A stretch of 55,731 nt of DNA from an uncultured Alphaproteobacteria bacterium (GTDB lineage: Bacteria; Pseudomonadota; Alphaproteobacteria; CALKHQ01): positions 1-55,731 of the forward strand of contig CALKHQ010000280.1 in assembly GCA_937988735.1 (NCBI GenBank). The letters are read 5' to 3'. Below the pieces are notes generated by a model. It was not told the DNA's origin. It searched no databases and was given only the letters and a program-made list of their open reading frames with translations. Shown piece after piece: positions 37,504 through 46,195 of this stretch. Positions within the stretch are counted from its first letter, which is position 1. Each line of letters opens with the position of its first letter. Made by a program: the position numbers and the translations under genes.

Positions 37504-39900
37504 GTGCTGAAGTGGGGGCTGCTCCAGCTGCACTGGCTGCTGGGCGTGACGGCTGGCATCATCCTTGCACTGGTGGGGGTGACCGGCGGCATCCTCTCCT
37601 TCGAGACCGAGCTCCTGCGCCTGCTCAATCCGGGCGTGATGACGGTGGAAGCGGACGCGCCGCCGTTGCCGGTGCCCGACCTCTTGGCGCGCGTGGCCGA
37701 GGCCGCGCCGGACGCGACCGTGCTGACGCTCACCGTCAGCGCCGACCCGGCAGAGGCGGCGGGCGTGCGCTTCGCCGCGCCTGACGGCGGCCCCCGCGGC
37801 GTCCAGCGCTACGTTGATCCCGCCACCGGCGCCCTGCTCGGCGAGCCGGACGGCGTCGGGTTCTTCCGCTTCGTCCGGCAGCTCCATCGCAACCTGGTCG
37901 CCGGCGACGTCGGCCGGCAGCTCGTCGCCGCCTCGACGGTGCTCCTGATCGTGCTGTCGCTGACCGGGCTCTGTCTGCGCTGGCCGCGCCGGCCGCTCGC
38001 CTGGCGGAGCTGGTTCCACATCGACCTGCGCCGGCGCGGGCGCAGCCTGATGTGGGCGCTGCACTCGGTGACCGGCACCTGGCTGCTGGTCCCCTACGTC
38101 GTGATGGCGGCGACGGGCCTCTACTACTCCTACGACTGGTACCGCGACTGGCTCCATGGGCTTGCCGGCGTCGGGCGGCCGGTCTTCGGCGGGCCGCAGC
38201 AGGGGGGTGCGCCGCGGGAGGAGCCGGCCGAAGGGGCAGATGCCGGGCCGGTGGACATCGCCGCCGTCTGGGCCGCCTTCACGGCGGAGGTGGCGGGGTT
38301 CAGCACGGCCACGCTCCGCCTGCCGGAGTCGGCGGCCCGTCCGGTCGACATCAGCTACCTTGACCCGGACCCGGCGCACGAGCGCGCCACCAATACGCTG
38401 TCGATCGACCCGCAGTCGCTCGCCGTCGTCGCCCATCGCCGCTACGATAATCTCGCGACCGGCGAGCAGCTGATGCGGAGCATCTTCCCGCTGCACAGCG
38501 GCAGCTACTTCGGCGTCGGGGGGCTGGTGCTGTTCATGGTGGCGAGCCTGCTGATGCCGCTGTTCGCCATCACCGGCTGGCTGCTCTACCTCGACCGCCG
38601 GCGCAGGCGGCGCGACGCCCGCCGCGAGGCGACCCGGCTCACATCATCGGCGTCGGCTCCTGCTGCGGCGTCCGGTGAGCCCGTCCTCGTCGGCTTCGCC
38701 AGCCAGAGCGGAACCGCCGAGCGCCTGGCGTGGCAGACGGCGGCGGCCCTGGCCGCCGGCGGAGTCGCTGCCACCGTGGAGCCGCTGGCGCGGCTCGACG
38801 CCGGCCGTCTCGCGAGCTTCCGCCGCGCGCTCTTCGTCGTCAGCACCTTCGGTGACGGCGAGCCTCCTGACGCCGCCCGCGGCTTCTTCCGCCGCACCAT
38901 GCGCGCGCCCGCCTCCCTCCAGGGGCTGAGCTACGGGCTGCTCGCGCTCGGCGACCGCAGCTATGCGCGCTTCTGCGGCTTCGGCCGCGCCCTCGACGGC
39001 TGGCTCCGCCACGGGGGCGCCACTCCGCTGTTCGCCCCGGTCGAACTCGACGGCACGCCCGACGCCGGGCTCGGCGAGTGGCGGAGCCAGCTCGGCGCCA
39101 TCGCCGGCGCCGCGGCCGCCGGAGCCGGCTGGCAGGCGCCCGCGTTCCGCCGCTGGACGCTTGTGGAACGCCGGCTGCTCAACCCGGGCAGCCTGGGCGG
39201 GCCCTGCTTCCACATCCGCCTGTCGCCGCCCGACGCCGTGGCGGCGCGCTGGCAGGCGGGCGACATCGCCGAGATCCGCGTCGGCGGGACCGAGGCCGAT
39301 CCCGTGATCCGCGAATATTCCATCGCGTCCCTGCCCGCCGACGGCACGCTCGACCTGGTGGTCCGCCGGGTGCGGAAGGCCGACGGCAGAGACGGTCTCG
39401 GCTCGGGCCTGCTCACCCGCGACCTCTTGGAAGGGGAGGGCATCGCGCTGCGCATCCGGGAAAATCCGGGTTTCCGCCAGGCTTCGGCCGAGGTGCCGCT
39501 GGTGCTGATCGGAAACGGCACCGGCATCGCCGGGCTCCGCGCCCACTGGCGGGCGCGCGCCGCGACGGGCGGGCGCATGTGGCTCCTGTTCGGCGAGCGC
39601 AGCGCCGCGACCGACAGCTACTTCGCCGACGAGGTCGAGGCACTGCGCTGCCGCGGGCGGTTCGCCCGCGTCGATCGCGTCTTCTCCCGCGACCAGGCGG
39701 AGCGCCTCCATGTGCAGCACCGCCTCCGCGACGCCGCGCACGACCTGCGCGCCTGGGTCGCCGAGGGCGCCGTGATCCTCGTCTGCGGCAGTCGCGAGGG
39801 CATGGCGCCGGGGGTCGACGCCGCGCTTCGCGCGATCCTCGGCGACGCGGCGCTGGACGCGCTGGCGGAGGCCGGCCGCTACCGGCGCGACGTCTACTAG
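37504..39900 (+). CDS. PiuB-like fusion: PepSY-associated TM domain plus CysJ-type flavodoxin/FAD/NADPH reductase (putative ferric-siderophore reductase)
   Basis: 798 aa, GTG start. N-terminal PepSY_TM helices with conserved His (LQLHWLLGVTAG..., FVRQLHRNL, LMWALHSVTG, IFPLHSGSYFG). Flavodoxin-like LVGFASQSGTAE...VVSTFGDGEPPD, FAD motif REYSIAS, NADPH motifs LIGNGTGIAGL and ILVCGSREGMAPGV. CysJ-like C-terminal end YRRDVY. Confidence 0.75.
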   Translation: MLKWGLLQLHWLLGVTAGIILALVGVTGGILSFETELLRLLNPGVMTVEADAPPLPVPDLLARVAEAAPDATVLTLTVSADPAEAAGVRFAAPDGGPRGVQRYVDPATGALLGEPDGVGFFRFVRQLHRNLVAGDVGRQLVAASTVLLIVLSLTGLCLRWPRRPLAWRSWFHIDLRRRGRSLMWALHSVTGTWLLVPYVVMAATGLYYSYDWYRDWLHGLAGVGRPVFGGPQQGGAPREEPAEGADAGPVDIAAVWAAFTAEVAGFSTATLRLPESAARPVDISYLDPDPAHERATNTLSIDPQSLAVVAHRRYDNLATGEQLMRSIFPLHSGSYFGVGGLVLFMVASLLMPLFAITGWLLYLDRRRRRRDARREATRLTSSASAPAAASGEPVLVGFASQSGTAERLAWQTAAALAAGGVAATVEPLARLDAGRLASFRRALFVVSTFGDGEPPDAARGFFRRTMRAPASLQGLSYGLLALGDRSYARFCGFGRALDGWLRHGGATPLFAPVELDGTPDAGLGEWRSQLGAIAGAAAAGAGWQAPAFRRWTLVERRLLNPGSLGGPCFHIRLSPPDAVAARWQAGDIAEIRVGGTEADPVIREYSIASLPADGTLDLVVRRVRKADGRDGLGSGLLTRDLLEGEGIALRIRENPGFRQASAEVPLVLIGNGTGIAGLRAHWRARAATGGRMWLLFGERSAATDSYFADEVEALRCRGRFARVDRVFSRDQAERLHVQHRLRDAAHDLRAWVAEGAVILVCGSREGMAPGVDAALRAILGDAALDALAEAGRYRRDVY

Positions 39901-39950
39901 TACTGGCGCCGTTCCGGTACCCCGGAAAAAACCGTTGCGTGACCGTTTCC

Positions 39951-39977
39951 AATGCGACTAAGAATCATTTGCATTAT
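39951..39977 (+). promoter_or_regulatory. Fur-box-like operator upstream of the TonB-dependent receptor
   Basis: AATGCGActaagaatcattTGCATTAT shares the AATGCGA...GCATTAT ends with the 37445 site. It contains AATCATT and matches about 12 of 19 positions of the Fur consensus by my count. It lies 28 nt before ATG 40005. Confidence 0.5.
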
Positions 39978-40004
39978 GCGCCATTAGACCGGGGGAGTGA
40001 GGGA

Positions 40005-42314
40005 ATGCACAGGCAGGCTGGGCTTTGGGGCGGGGTATCCTCCATGGCGTTGCTGGCGGGGCTGACGGTGGCGGTGACGGCGGGTGGCGACGGCCTTGCC
40101 CAGACCCAGGCGGAGCCGGCGGCTGCAACGCCCGAAACGGACGCGGCCCGGTCTGCCGCGCCGGCGGCGGAGAGCGGCGGCGCGAGCGATGGTGGGGCCG
40201 GCGGGGGGGGGATCGAGCTCACCACCATCGAGGTCGAAGGCGCGACGCCGGCCAACACGCTGCGCGAGCCGGTGGCGCTCGACCGGCTGCCGGGGCTGGT
40301 GCAGGACACGCCGCAGGCGATCAACGTCATCAGCCAGGAACTGATGCGCGAACAGCACGTGGAGACCCTCGAGGAGGTGCTGCGCAACGTGCCCGGGGTC
40401 ACCGTCTCGATCGGCGAGGGCGGCGGCGGGATGAACGGCGACCAGTTCCGCATCCGCGGCCTGGAGGCGAAGAACGACGTCTACGTCGACGGCCTGCGCG
40501 ACTTCGGCGTGTTCACCCGCGACGCGTTCAATTACGAGACCGTGCAGGTGATGAAGGGCCCGTCGTCGGCAAGCTTCGGCATGGGCACCACCGGCGGCGC
40601 CATCAACACCGTCTCCAAGACGCCTTTCCTCGCTGACGAGATCTCGGGCACTGCCGGCATCGGCACCGACCGCTACTGGCGCGCCACCGCCGACGGCAAC
40701 TTCGTGATCGGCGACACCAGCGCCATCCGGCTGAACGCCATGTTCCACAGCGCGGACGCGCCGGACCGCGATCATGTCGGATCCACCCGCTTCGGCTTCG
40801 CGCCCTCGATCGGCTTCGGCATCGGCACCGACACCGAGTTCACCCTCGCCTACTTCTTCCAGAAGGACGACCGGGTGCCGGACTACGGCGTGCCGGTGAT
40901 CCAGGCGCCGGGCGACGATTTCGGCCGGCCGGTGACCGAGTTCGGCATCGACCGCAGCAACTGGTACGGCAACGAGACGGATACGGACGAGTCGAACGTC
41001 CACATGCTGACCGCCCGGCTGCGGCACGAGGCCAGCGACTGGCTGACCATCCACAATGACACGCGGATCGCCTACTACGACCGCTACTTCACGCCGAGCG
41101 CCGCGAGCTGCGCCGCGGCCTGCATCGACGCGCTGTTCGACAACGACCCCGCGACCATCCCGATGGTCAGCCGCGGCGGGCCGGGGCCGTTCGAGCAGGA
41201 GACGTACGGCGCGCAGAACATCACCACCGCGATCGCCGAGTTCGAGACCGGCGCGATCCGGCACCAGCTCGTCGGCGGCATCGACCTGTTCTACCAGCAC
41301 GACGAGCGCAACTCCTACGCCTACTCGCCGGCCCGGCCGACGACCAGCCTGTTCGACCCGGACCCGGCGGCGCCTTACGACATCATTCCTTCCACCTCGG
41401 CGACCGCGAACAAGGAGACCGAGGCGGTGAACGCCTCGCTGTTCCTCAGCGACCGGGTGTGGCTGTTCGACGAGCTGTCGGTGCTCGGCGGCGTGCGCGT
41501 CGACCACTACGACGTCGAATATTCCGCGGGCGGCCCGACCGCCCCGACGACCACGGTCAGCGCGATCTCGACCCAGGTCAACTTCAGGGGCAGCGTGATC
41601 TGGGAGCCGACCGACGCGCAGACCTACTACCTGTCCTACGCCACGTCGTCGAACCCGCCGGGTGCCTACATCGCCCAGGGGCCGACGCCGCTGACCGAGG
41701 ACAGCAGCGCGCTGGACCCGGAGCGGCACGAGATCTACGAGATCGGCGGCAAGTTCAGCGTGCTGGACGGCCGGCTGGGATTGACGGCCTCGCTGTTCCA
41801 GATCGACAAGAACAACGCCACCTACACGGACGAGGTGGGCGACGTGGTCAGCTCCGGCGACGCCCAGCGCATCCGGGGCGTCGAGCTCGGGGCAAGCGGC
41901 AACGTGACCGACTGGTGGACGGTCACCGCGAGCTACACATATCTCGACAGCGAGATCACCGACTCCACGACCGCGGCCAACGTCGGGAACGCGGTGCAGT
42001 ACGTGCCGAAGAACGCCGCCGCGCTGTGGACCACGGTCACCGTGTCCGACCTGGTGACGATGGGCCCGGGCGAGTTCAACGTCGGCGGCGGCGTCACCTA
42101 CCGCGACGGCGTCTATCTCAACGCCGCCAACACCGCGCGCGTGCCCGCCAGCTTCACCCTGGATGCGATGGCGTCCTACGGCATGGACAACTGGTCGGTG
42201 CAGCTCAACGGCTACAACCTCACCGACGAGCTGAACTACGACCAGCTCTATACCAACCGGGTGATTCCGTCGCCGGGGCGGACGTTCATCCTGTCCGTCT
42301 CGGCGACGTTCTGA
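40005..42314 (+). CDS. TonB-dependent siderophore receptor (PiuA/Fiu-like position)
   Basis: 769 aa from ATG 40005 inside ORF 39078..42314. Signal peptide, plug motifs (DTPQAINVISQELM, IRGLEAKNDVYVDGLRD, ETVQVMKGPSSASFGMGTTGGAIN), beta-barrel repeats and terminal ...RTFILSVSATF. Confidence 0.9.
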   Translation: MHRQAGLWGGVSSMALLAGLTVAVTAGGDGLAQTQAEPAAATPETDAARSAAPAAESGGASDGGAGGGGIELTTIEVEGATPANTLREPVALDRLPGLVQDTPQAINVISQELMREQHVETLEEVLRNVPGVTVSIGEGGGGMNGDQFRIRGLEAKNDVYVDGLRDFGVFTRDAFNYETVQVMKGPSSASFGMGTTGGAINTVSKTPFLADEISGTAGIGTDRYWRATADGNFVIGDTSAIRLNAMFHSADAPDRDHVGSTRFGFAPSIGFGIGTDTEFTLAYFFQKDDRVPDYGVPVIQAPGDDFGRPVTEFGIDRSNWYGNETDTDESNVHMLTARLRHEASDWLTIHNDTRIAYYDRYFTPSAASCAAACIDALFDNDPATIPMVSRGGPGPFEQETYGAQNITTAIAEFETGAIRHQLVGGIDLFYQHDERNSYAYSPARPTTSLFDPDPAAPYDIIPSTSATANKETEAVNASLFLSDRVWLFDELSVLGGVRVDHYDVEYSAGGPTAPTTTVSAISTQVNFRGSVIWEPTDAQTYYLSYATSSNPPGAYIAQGPTPLTEDSSALDPERHEIYEIGGKFSVLDGRLGLTASLFQIDKNNATYTDEVGDVVSSGDAQRIRGVELGASGNVTDWWTVTASYTYLDSEITDSTTAANVGNAVQYVPKNAAALWTTVTVSDLVTMGPGEFNVGGGVTYRDGVYLNAANTARVPASFTLDAMASYGMDNWSVQLNGYNLTDELNYDQLYTNRVIPSPGRTFILSVSATF

Positions 42315-42317
42315 GCG

Positions 42318-43001
42318 ATGCTGGTCCGGATTCCCGACGTGCTGACCGGCGACGAGGTCGCCCACTGCCGCAGGGTGCTCGCGGCCGCCGGCTGGGTGGA
42401 CGGCCGCACCACCGCCGGCGCGCAGTCAGCGCTGGCCAAGCACAACCTGCAGCTCCCGGAAGAAAGTGCGGCGGCGCGCGAGCTGGGCGAGCTCGTGCTC
42501 CGCGCGCTGGGGCGCAACCCGCTGTTCACCGCGGCGGCGCTGCCGCTGCGGGTCTATCCGCCGCTGTTCAACCGCTACGACGCGGGCATGAGCTTCGGCG
42601 CCCACGTCGACAACGCGATCCGCGCCGTTCCCGGCGCCGGCATCCGCATCCGCACCGACCTTTCGGCAACGCTGTTCCTCACTGCGCCCGAGGACTACGA
42701 CGGCGGCGAGCTGGTGATCGAGGACACCTACGGCACGCCGGCGGTGAAGCTGCCGGCGGGCCACATGGTCCTCTACCCCGCCACCAGCGTGCACCGCGTC
42801 GAGCCGGTGACCCGCGGCAGCCGGTGGTGCTCCTTCTTCTGGATCCAGTCGATGGTGAAGGACGACGCCGAGCGCCGCGAACTGTTCGAACTCGACATGG
42901 CGATCACCCGCACCCGCCAGGCGCTGGGCGACACCCATGCCGCCGTGGTCGCGCTGACCAGCTGCTACCACAACCTCCTTCGCCGCTGGGCCGAACTCTA
43001 G
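42318..43001 (+). CDS. piuC: Fe(II)/2-oxoglutarate-dependent PKHD-type hydroxylase (PiuC/YbiX family)
   Basis: [21 protein letters not shown]...[10 protein letters not shown]..., metal triad FGAHVDNA ... [14 protein letters not shown], and C-terminal WIQSMV. Starts 3 nt after the receptor stop. Confidence 0.85.
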   Translation: MLVRIPDVLTGDEVAHCRRVLAAAGWVDGRTTAGAQSALAKHNLQLPEESAAARELGELVLRALGRNPLFTAAALPLRVYPPLFNRYDAGMSFGAHVDNAIRAVPGAGIRIRTDLSATLFLTAPEDYDGGELVIEDTYGTPAVKLPAGHMVLYPATSVHRVEPVTRGSRWCSFFWIQSMVKDDAERRELFELDMAITRTRQALGDTHAAVVALTSCYHNLLRRWAEL

Positions 43002-43067
43002 CCCCGCGGCGAAGGGGAAGTCGGGGCGGCTGCCCCCCAAAGTCGTGCGGCGTCTCCCACAGTCGTC

Positions 43068-43090
43068 ATGCTCCGGCTTAACCGGAGCAT
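43068..43090 (+). terminator. Perfect 9-bp-stem hairpin / palindromic repeat downstream of piuC
   Basis: atgctccgg-cttaa-ccggagcat, 66 nt after the piuC stop. Its sequence is related to the right arm of the 37359-37433 element. Confidence 0.5.
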
Positions 43091-43141
43091 CCAGGCCCTG
43101 ACGCAGCGCCGGCGCCGGCCTGCCTTCACACCCTGCACACC

Positions 43142-43570
43142 CTAGTGGCAGTGCTGGCCGCCGGGGCGGGAGATGCCGGTCAGTGCGTCGGCCGCGGGCT
43201 GGCGGGCGCGGCTGTTGGCAATGTCGCCCAGCGACAGCACGCCGACCAGCCGCTTGTCGCGGTCCACCACCGGCAGCCGGCGCACCTGGATGTCGGCCAT
43301 GTTGCGCGACACCTCGTCGATGTCCTGGTCGTCAAAGCAGTATTTGACGTCGCCGCTCATCACGTCGCGGACCCGGCAGTCTGGGCCCTTGCCCTGAGCC
43401 ACCGCGCGGATCGCGATGTCGCGGTCGGTGATCATGCCGACCAGCCGGTCGTTGTCGCGCACCGGCAGCACCCCGGCCTCGATGTCGGCCATGGTCCGCG
43501 CCGCCTGCTGGATGGTCTCGTCCGGCGTCGCCAGCCGCACGTCCCGGGACATCGCTTCGCTGACCTTCAT
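43142..43570 (-). CDS. CBS-pair domain protein
   Basis: ATG 43570 (MKVSEAMSRDVRLATPDETI...) with GGAGGAG Shine-Dalgarno. Two CBS motifs (VLPVRDNDRLVGMITDRDI and RLPVVDRDKRLVGVLSLGDI). Confidence 0.85.
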   Translation of the reverse strand: MKVSEAMSRDVRLATPDETIQQAARTMADIEAGVLPVRDNDRLVGMITDRDIAIRAVAQGKGPDCRVRDVMSGDVKYCFDDQDIDEVSRNMADIQVRRLPVVDRDKRLVGVLSLGDIANSRARQPAADALTGISRPGGQHCH

Positions 43571-43752
43571 CGGCTCCTCCTGTGGTGAGGCGGCACGGAC
43601 GCGTGCCGCGGGCCCGGTCCAGGCGTGGCGGGCGGCGGATCGCACACGCGTGGCGCCTCCCTCCGAACCTGTTCGGGAATTGGCAGGTCAACGCGGGGAC
43701 AAGGCCAACCGTTCCGTTACGGAAGGGACGGCAACCGGACAGGGAGGCTTGG

Positions 43753-43839
43753 TGGTGCGGGCGGTCGGAGTCGAACCGACACTCTGTCGCCAGAACCGGA
43801 TTTTGAGTCCGGCGCGTCTACCAGTTCCGCCACGCCCGC
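43753..43839 (-). tRNA. tRNA-Leu (anticodon CAA)
   Basis: Hand-folded 87 nt. Acceptor GCGGGCG/CGCCCGC, anticodon stem CCGGA/TCCGG with loop CTCAAAA, long variable arm TCTG-GCGA-CAGA, T-arm GTCGG-TTCGACT-CCGAC, encoded CCA. Confidence 0.9.
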
Positions 43840-44071
43840 ATGCGTCGCGAAGCCCGCCGCGGCGGGCCGGGGGAAGAGATAGCCAATGCGGAGGGGGGTT
43901 ACAACCGGCGCGGTCGCCGGGGTTGCGCGGCTGCCTCGCGCGATCGGGGGGCAGACGGGGCCGGCCAGGTGGAGGGGGAGGAAAATGCTTTCACGTCCGT
44001 CGCCGGCCATCGCGGCGGCGATCGGTCTTCATCACGACTCGGATCGGCGGTCTGCCCGGATCCGCGAGAGC

Positions 44072-44103
44072 GCGCCGGCGCCCCCTTTTCCTCCCGCCGG
44101 CGC
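44072..44103 (-). terminator. GC hairpin downstream of the DUF465 gene
   Basis: gcgccggcg-N14-cgccggcgc, 37 nt beyond the stop on the minus strand. Confidence 0.35.
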
Positions 44104-44139
44104 GAGGCGTCTCGTGCTGCTGCGCCTGTGCGGGCGCCG

Positions 44140-44307
44140 TCAGTGAGCGGTTGCTTGCGCGATCTGGTCCTTTATCTTCAGCTTCTGTCGCTTGAGTTCC
44201 TTGAGCTTGAGCGCGTCCGGCATGCGGCGGCGTTGCTCCTCCTCGATCATCATGTGCAGCGCAGCATGCTGATCCCGGAGGGCGGCCAGACTGCTTGCGT
44301 CGCTCAT
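44140..44307 (-). CDS. DUF465 (YdcH-like) small coiled-coil protein
   Basis: ATG 44307 gives 55 aa: MSDASSLAALRDQHAALHMMIEEEQRRRMPDALKLKELKRQKLKIKDQI. This fits the DUF465 pattern (H..L......E......D...L..LKK.KL.LKD.I). Confidence 0.75.
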   Translation of the reverse strand: MSDASSLAALRDQHAALHMMIEEEQRRRMPDALKLKELKRQKLKIKDQIAQATAH

Positions 44308-44370
44308 CCTCGGTCTCCTTTCGACGAAGTTGGACCTAAGCATCGTCCATTGTAGTGAGCCCCCGCGAAA

Positions 44371-44985
44371 TTGCCATATCGGAAAAGTTCACGTTTGATC
44401 ATTGCCATAACCGGCGCCTCCGGCGTGATTTATGGCGTGCGGATGCTGGCGGCACTTCGCGAACAGCCGGTGGAAACGCATCTCGTGCTGTCGCGGAACG
44501 GGGCGCTGACCCTTGCCTACGAGACCAGCCTGAAGGTCGCCGAGGTCGAGGCGATGGCCGACGTCGTCCACCGCGCCGACGACATGGGCGCGCCGATCGC
44601 GAGCGGCTCGTTCCAGACGATGGGCATGATCGTTGCCCCCTGCTCGGTGCGGACGATGAGCGAGATCGCGAGCGGGGTGACCGCGAGCCTCGTCTCGCGC
44701 GCCGCCGACGTGACGCTCAAGGAACGGCGGCGCCTGGTGCTGATGGTGCGCGAGACGCCGCTCCACCTCGGCCACCTGCGGACGATGACGGCGCTTGCCG
44801 AGATGGGCGCGGTGATCGCGCCGCCGGTGCCGGCCTTCTACGCCGGGCCGCAGTCGATCGACGCGCTGGTCGATCACAGCGTCGGCCGCGTGCTCGACCT
44901 GTTCGGGCTCGAGGTCGCGGGGCTGAAGCGGTGGGGCGAGCCGGGGAAGGCGCGACGCCCGGCACGCAAGGTGGGGGAGGCGTAG
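44371..44985 (+). CDS. ubiX: Flavin prenyltransferase UbiX
   Basis: IIAITGASGVIYGVRMLAAL, MIVAPCSVRTMSEIA, KERRRLVLMVRETPL, PAFY are UbiX/Pad1 motifs. The start is TTG 44371 as in the track; TTG 44395 is equally possible. Confidence 0.88.
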   Translation: MPYRKSSRLIIAITGASGVIYGVRMLAALREQPVETHLVLSRNGALTLAYETSLKVAEVEAMADVVHRADDMGAPIASGSFQTMGMIVAPCSVRTMSEIASGVTASLVSRAADVTLKERRRLVLMVRETPLHLGHLRTMTALAEMGAVIAPPVPAFYAGPQSIDALVDHSVGRVLDLFGLEVAGLKRWGEPGKARRPARKVGEA

Positions 44986-44991
44986 GCCCGG

Positions 44992-45492
44992 TCAGGCCAG
45001 CCCCGTCTGTGCGAGAATGAAGGCCGTGATCCCCGGCGCGTCGTCGCGGGCAAACACCGGCCGGTCCAGACCTGCGGGCGGCGTCCCCGCCCACGCCAGC
45101 GCCACCACCTGCGGGTCCGTCGCGGCGAGCAGCGGCTTGCCGAGCGCGGGGTCGTGCACCTCCAGCTTCGGCAGCGGGGCGGACTTGAACCCCTCGACCA
45201 GTACCAGGTCCACCGGCGACAGCCGGGCGAGCAGGTCGTCGAGGCCCAGCTCCGGCGCGCCGCGGAGCTCGTGGACCAGCGCCCAGCGCCGGGGCGAGGA
45301 GACCAGCACTTCGGTCGCGCCGGCCAGGCGGTGGCGGTGGCTGTCCTTGCCCGGCCGGTCGATGTCGAAGTCCTCGTGCGCGTGCTTCACCGACGAGACC
45401 GAGAGGCCGCGGGCGGCGATCGCCGCGATCAGCTTCTCGACCAGGGTCGTCTTGCCGCTGCCGCTCCAGCCGGCAATGCCGAACACCTTCAT
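44992..45492 (-). CDS. mobB: Molybdopterin-guanine dinucleotide biosynthesis adapter protein MobB
   Basis: ATG 45492 (MKVFGIAGWSGSGKTTLVEKLI...) overlaps the pgsA stop (ATGA). Walker A GWSGSGKTT, VKHAHEDFDIDRPGKDSHRH, VLVEGFK. Confidence 0.85.
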   Translation of the reverse strand: MKVFGIAGWSGSGKTTLVEKLIAAIAARGLSVSSVKHAHEDFDIDRPGKDSHRHRLAGATEVLVSSPRRWALVHELRGAPELGLDDLLARLSPVDLVLVEGFKSAPLPKLEVHDPALGKPLLAATDPQVVALAWAGTPPAGLDRPVFARDDAPGITAFILAQTGLA

Positions 45493-46049
45493 CGGCGCTC
45501 GCCGGCGAGGATGTGGCGCATCCCCTTGGCCAGATAGTCGGCTCCGGTGATCACGGTCGCGGCCGCCGACAGCCACAGCAGGACAAGCCCGATGACGTGG
45601 ATGGTCTCGCCCAGCGCCGGCGCGAGGATCAGCACCAGGATTGCGGCGATCTGCAGCGTGGTCTTCACCTTGGCGAGGTAGGTGACCGGCACGGCCACCC
45701 TGTCGCCCGCGAGGAACTCGCGCAGGCCGGAGATCAGGATCTCGCGCGCGATGATCAGGATCGCGGCGACCACGTGCACCCCCGCGATGGTGAAGGAGGC
45801 GACCAGCATCACCAGGATGCTGGCGGTGAGCAGCTTGTCGGCGATCGGGTCGAGGAAGCGGCCGAAGGCCGAGGTCTGCCCCCGGCGCCGGGCGAGCCAG
45901 CCGTCGAACCAGTCGGTCAGCCCGGCAGCGAGGAACAGCACCGCCACGATCCAGCGCACCGCCTCGCCGGGGATGAACATCAGGGCGATGATCACCGGCA
46001 CCGCCAGCACGCGCGCCATCGTCAGGTAGTTCGGCACCGTCCAGATCAT
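45489..46049 (-). CDS. pgsA: CDP-diacylglycerol--glycerol-3-phosphate 3-phosphatidyltransferase
   Basis: ATG 46049 (MIWTVPNYLTMARV...). CDP-alcohol phosphatidyltransferase motif DWFDGWLARRRGQTSAFGRFLDPIADK. Confidence 0.9.
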   Translation of the reverse strand: MIWTVPNYLTMARVLAVPVIIALMFIPGEAVRWIVAVLFLAAGLTDWFDGWLARRRGQTSAFGRFLDPIADKLLTASILVMLVASFTIAGVHVVAAILIIAREILISGLREFLAGDRVAVPVTYLAKVKTTLQIAAILVLILAPALGETIHVIGLVLLWLSAAATVITGADYLAKGMRHILAGERR

Positions 46050-46195
46050 CGCCGCTCCACGCTCCCTTGCCCGGTCATTCCGGGCCCCGCTCTGCCGCGT
46101 CCTGCCCGGGCCTGTCCCGGGCATCTTCCGCTGCGCACTCCGCACCACGAGACCGGGACGGGCCCGGCCATGACGCGCATCGGGCGGCGGAAGCG

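Noticed and set aside
39901-40004. Cobalamin or other riboswitch in front of the TonB-dependent receptor. The same question applies to ykkC/guanidine in front of urtA and glycine in front of the DMGDH-like gene.
   Set aside because: The leaders are too short (104 nt, about 30 nt and none, respectively) and lack the conserved cores I remember. The receptor leader is instead occupied by a Fur-box-like site.
43717-44010. 97-aa minus-strand ORF containing ...AGVAELVDAPDSKSGSGDRVSVRLRPPAP...
   Set aside because: It is the familiar spurious translation across a tRNA-Leu gene (43753-43839). The remainder is low-complexity.
43142-44400. tRNA-Leu as the attachment site of a genomic island, with the iron cluster on its 3' side.
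   Set aside because: I found no integrase, no direct repeat of the tRNA 3' end and no obvious compositional shift. The flanking genes (CBS protein, DUF465, ubiX) look like core genes.
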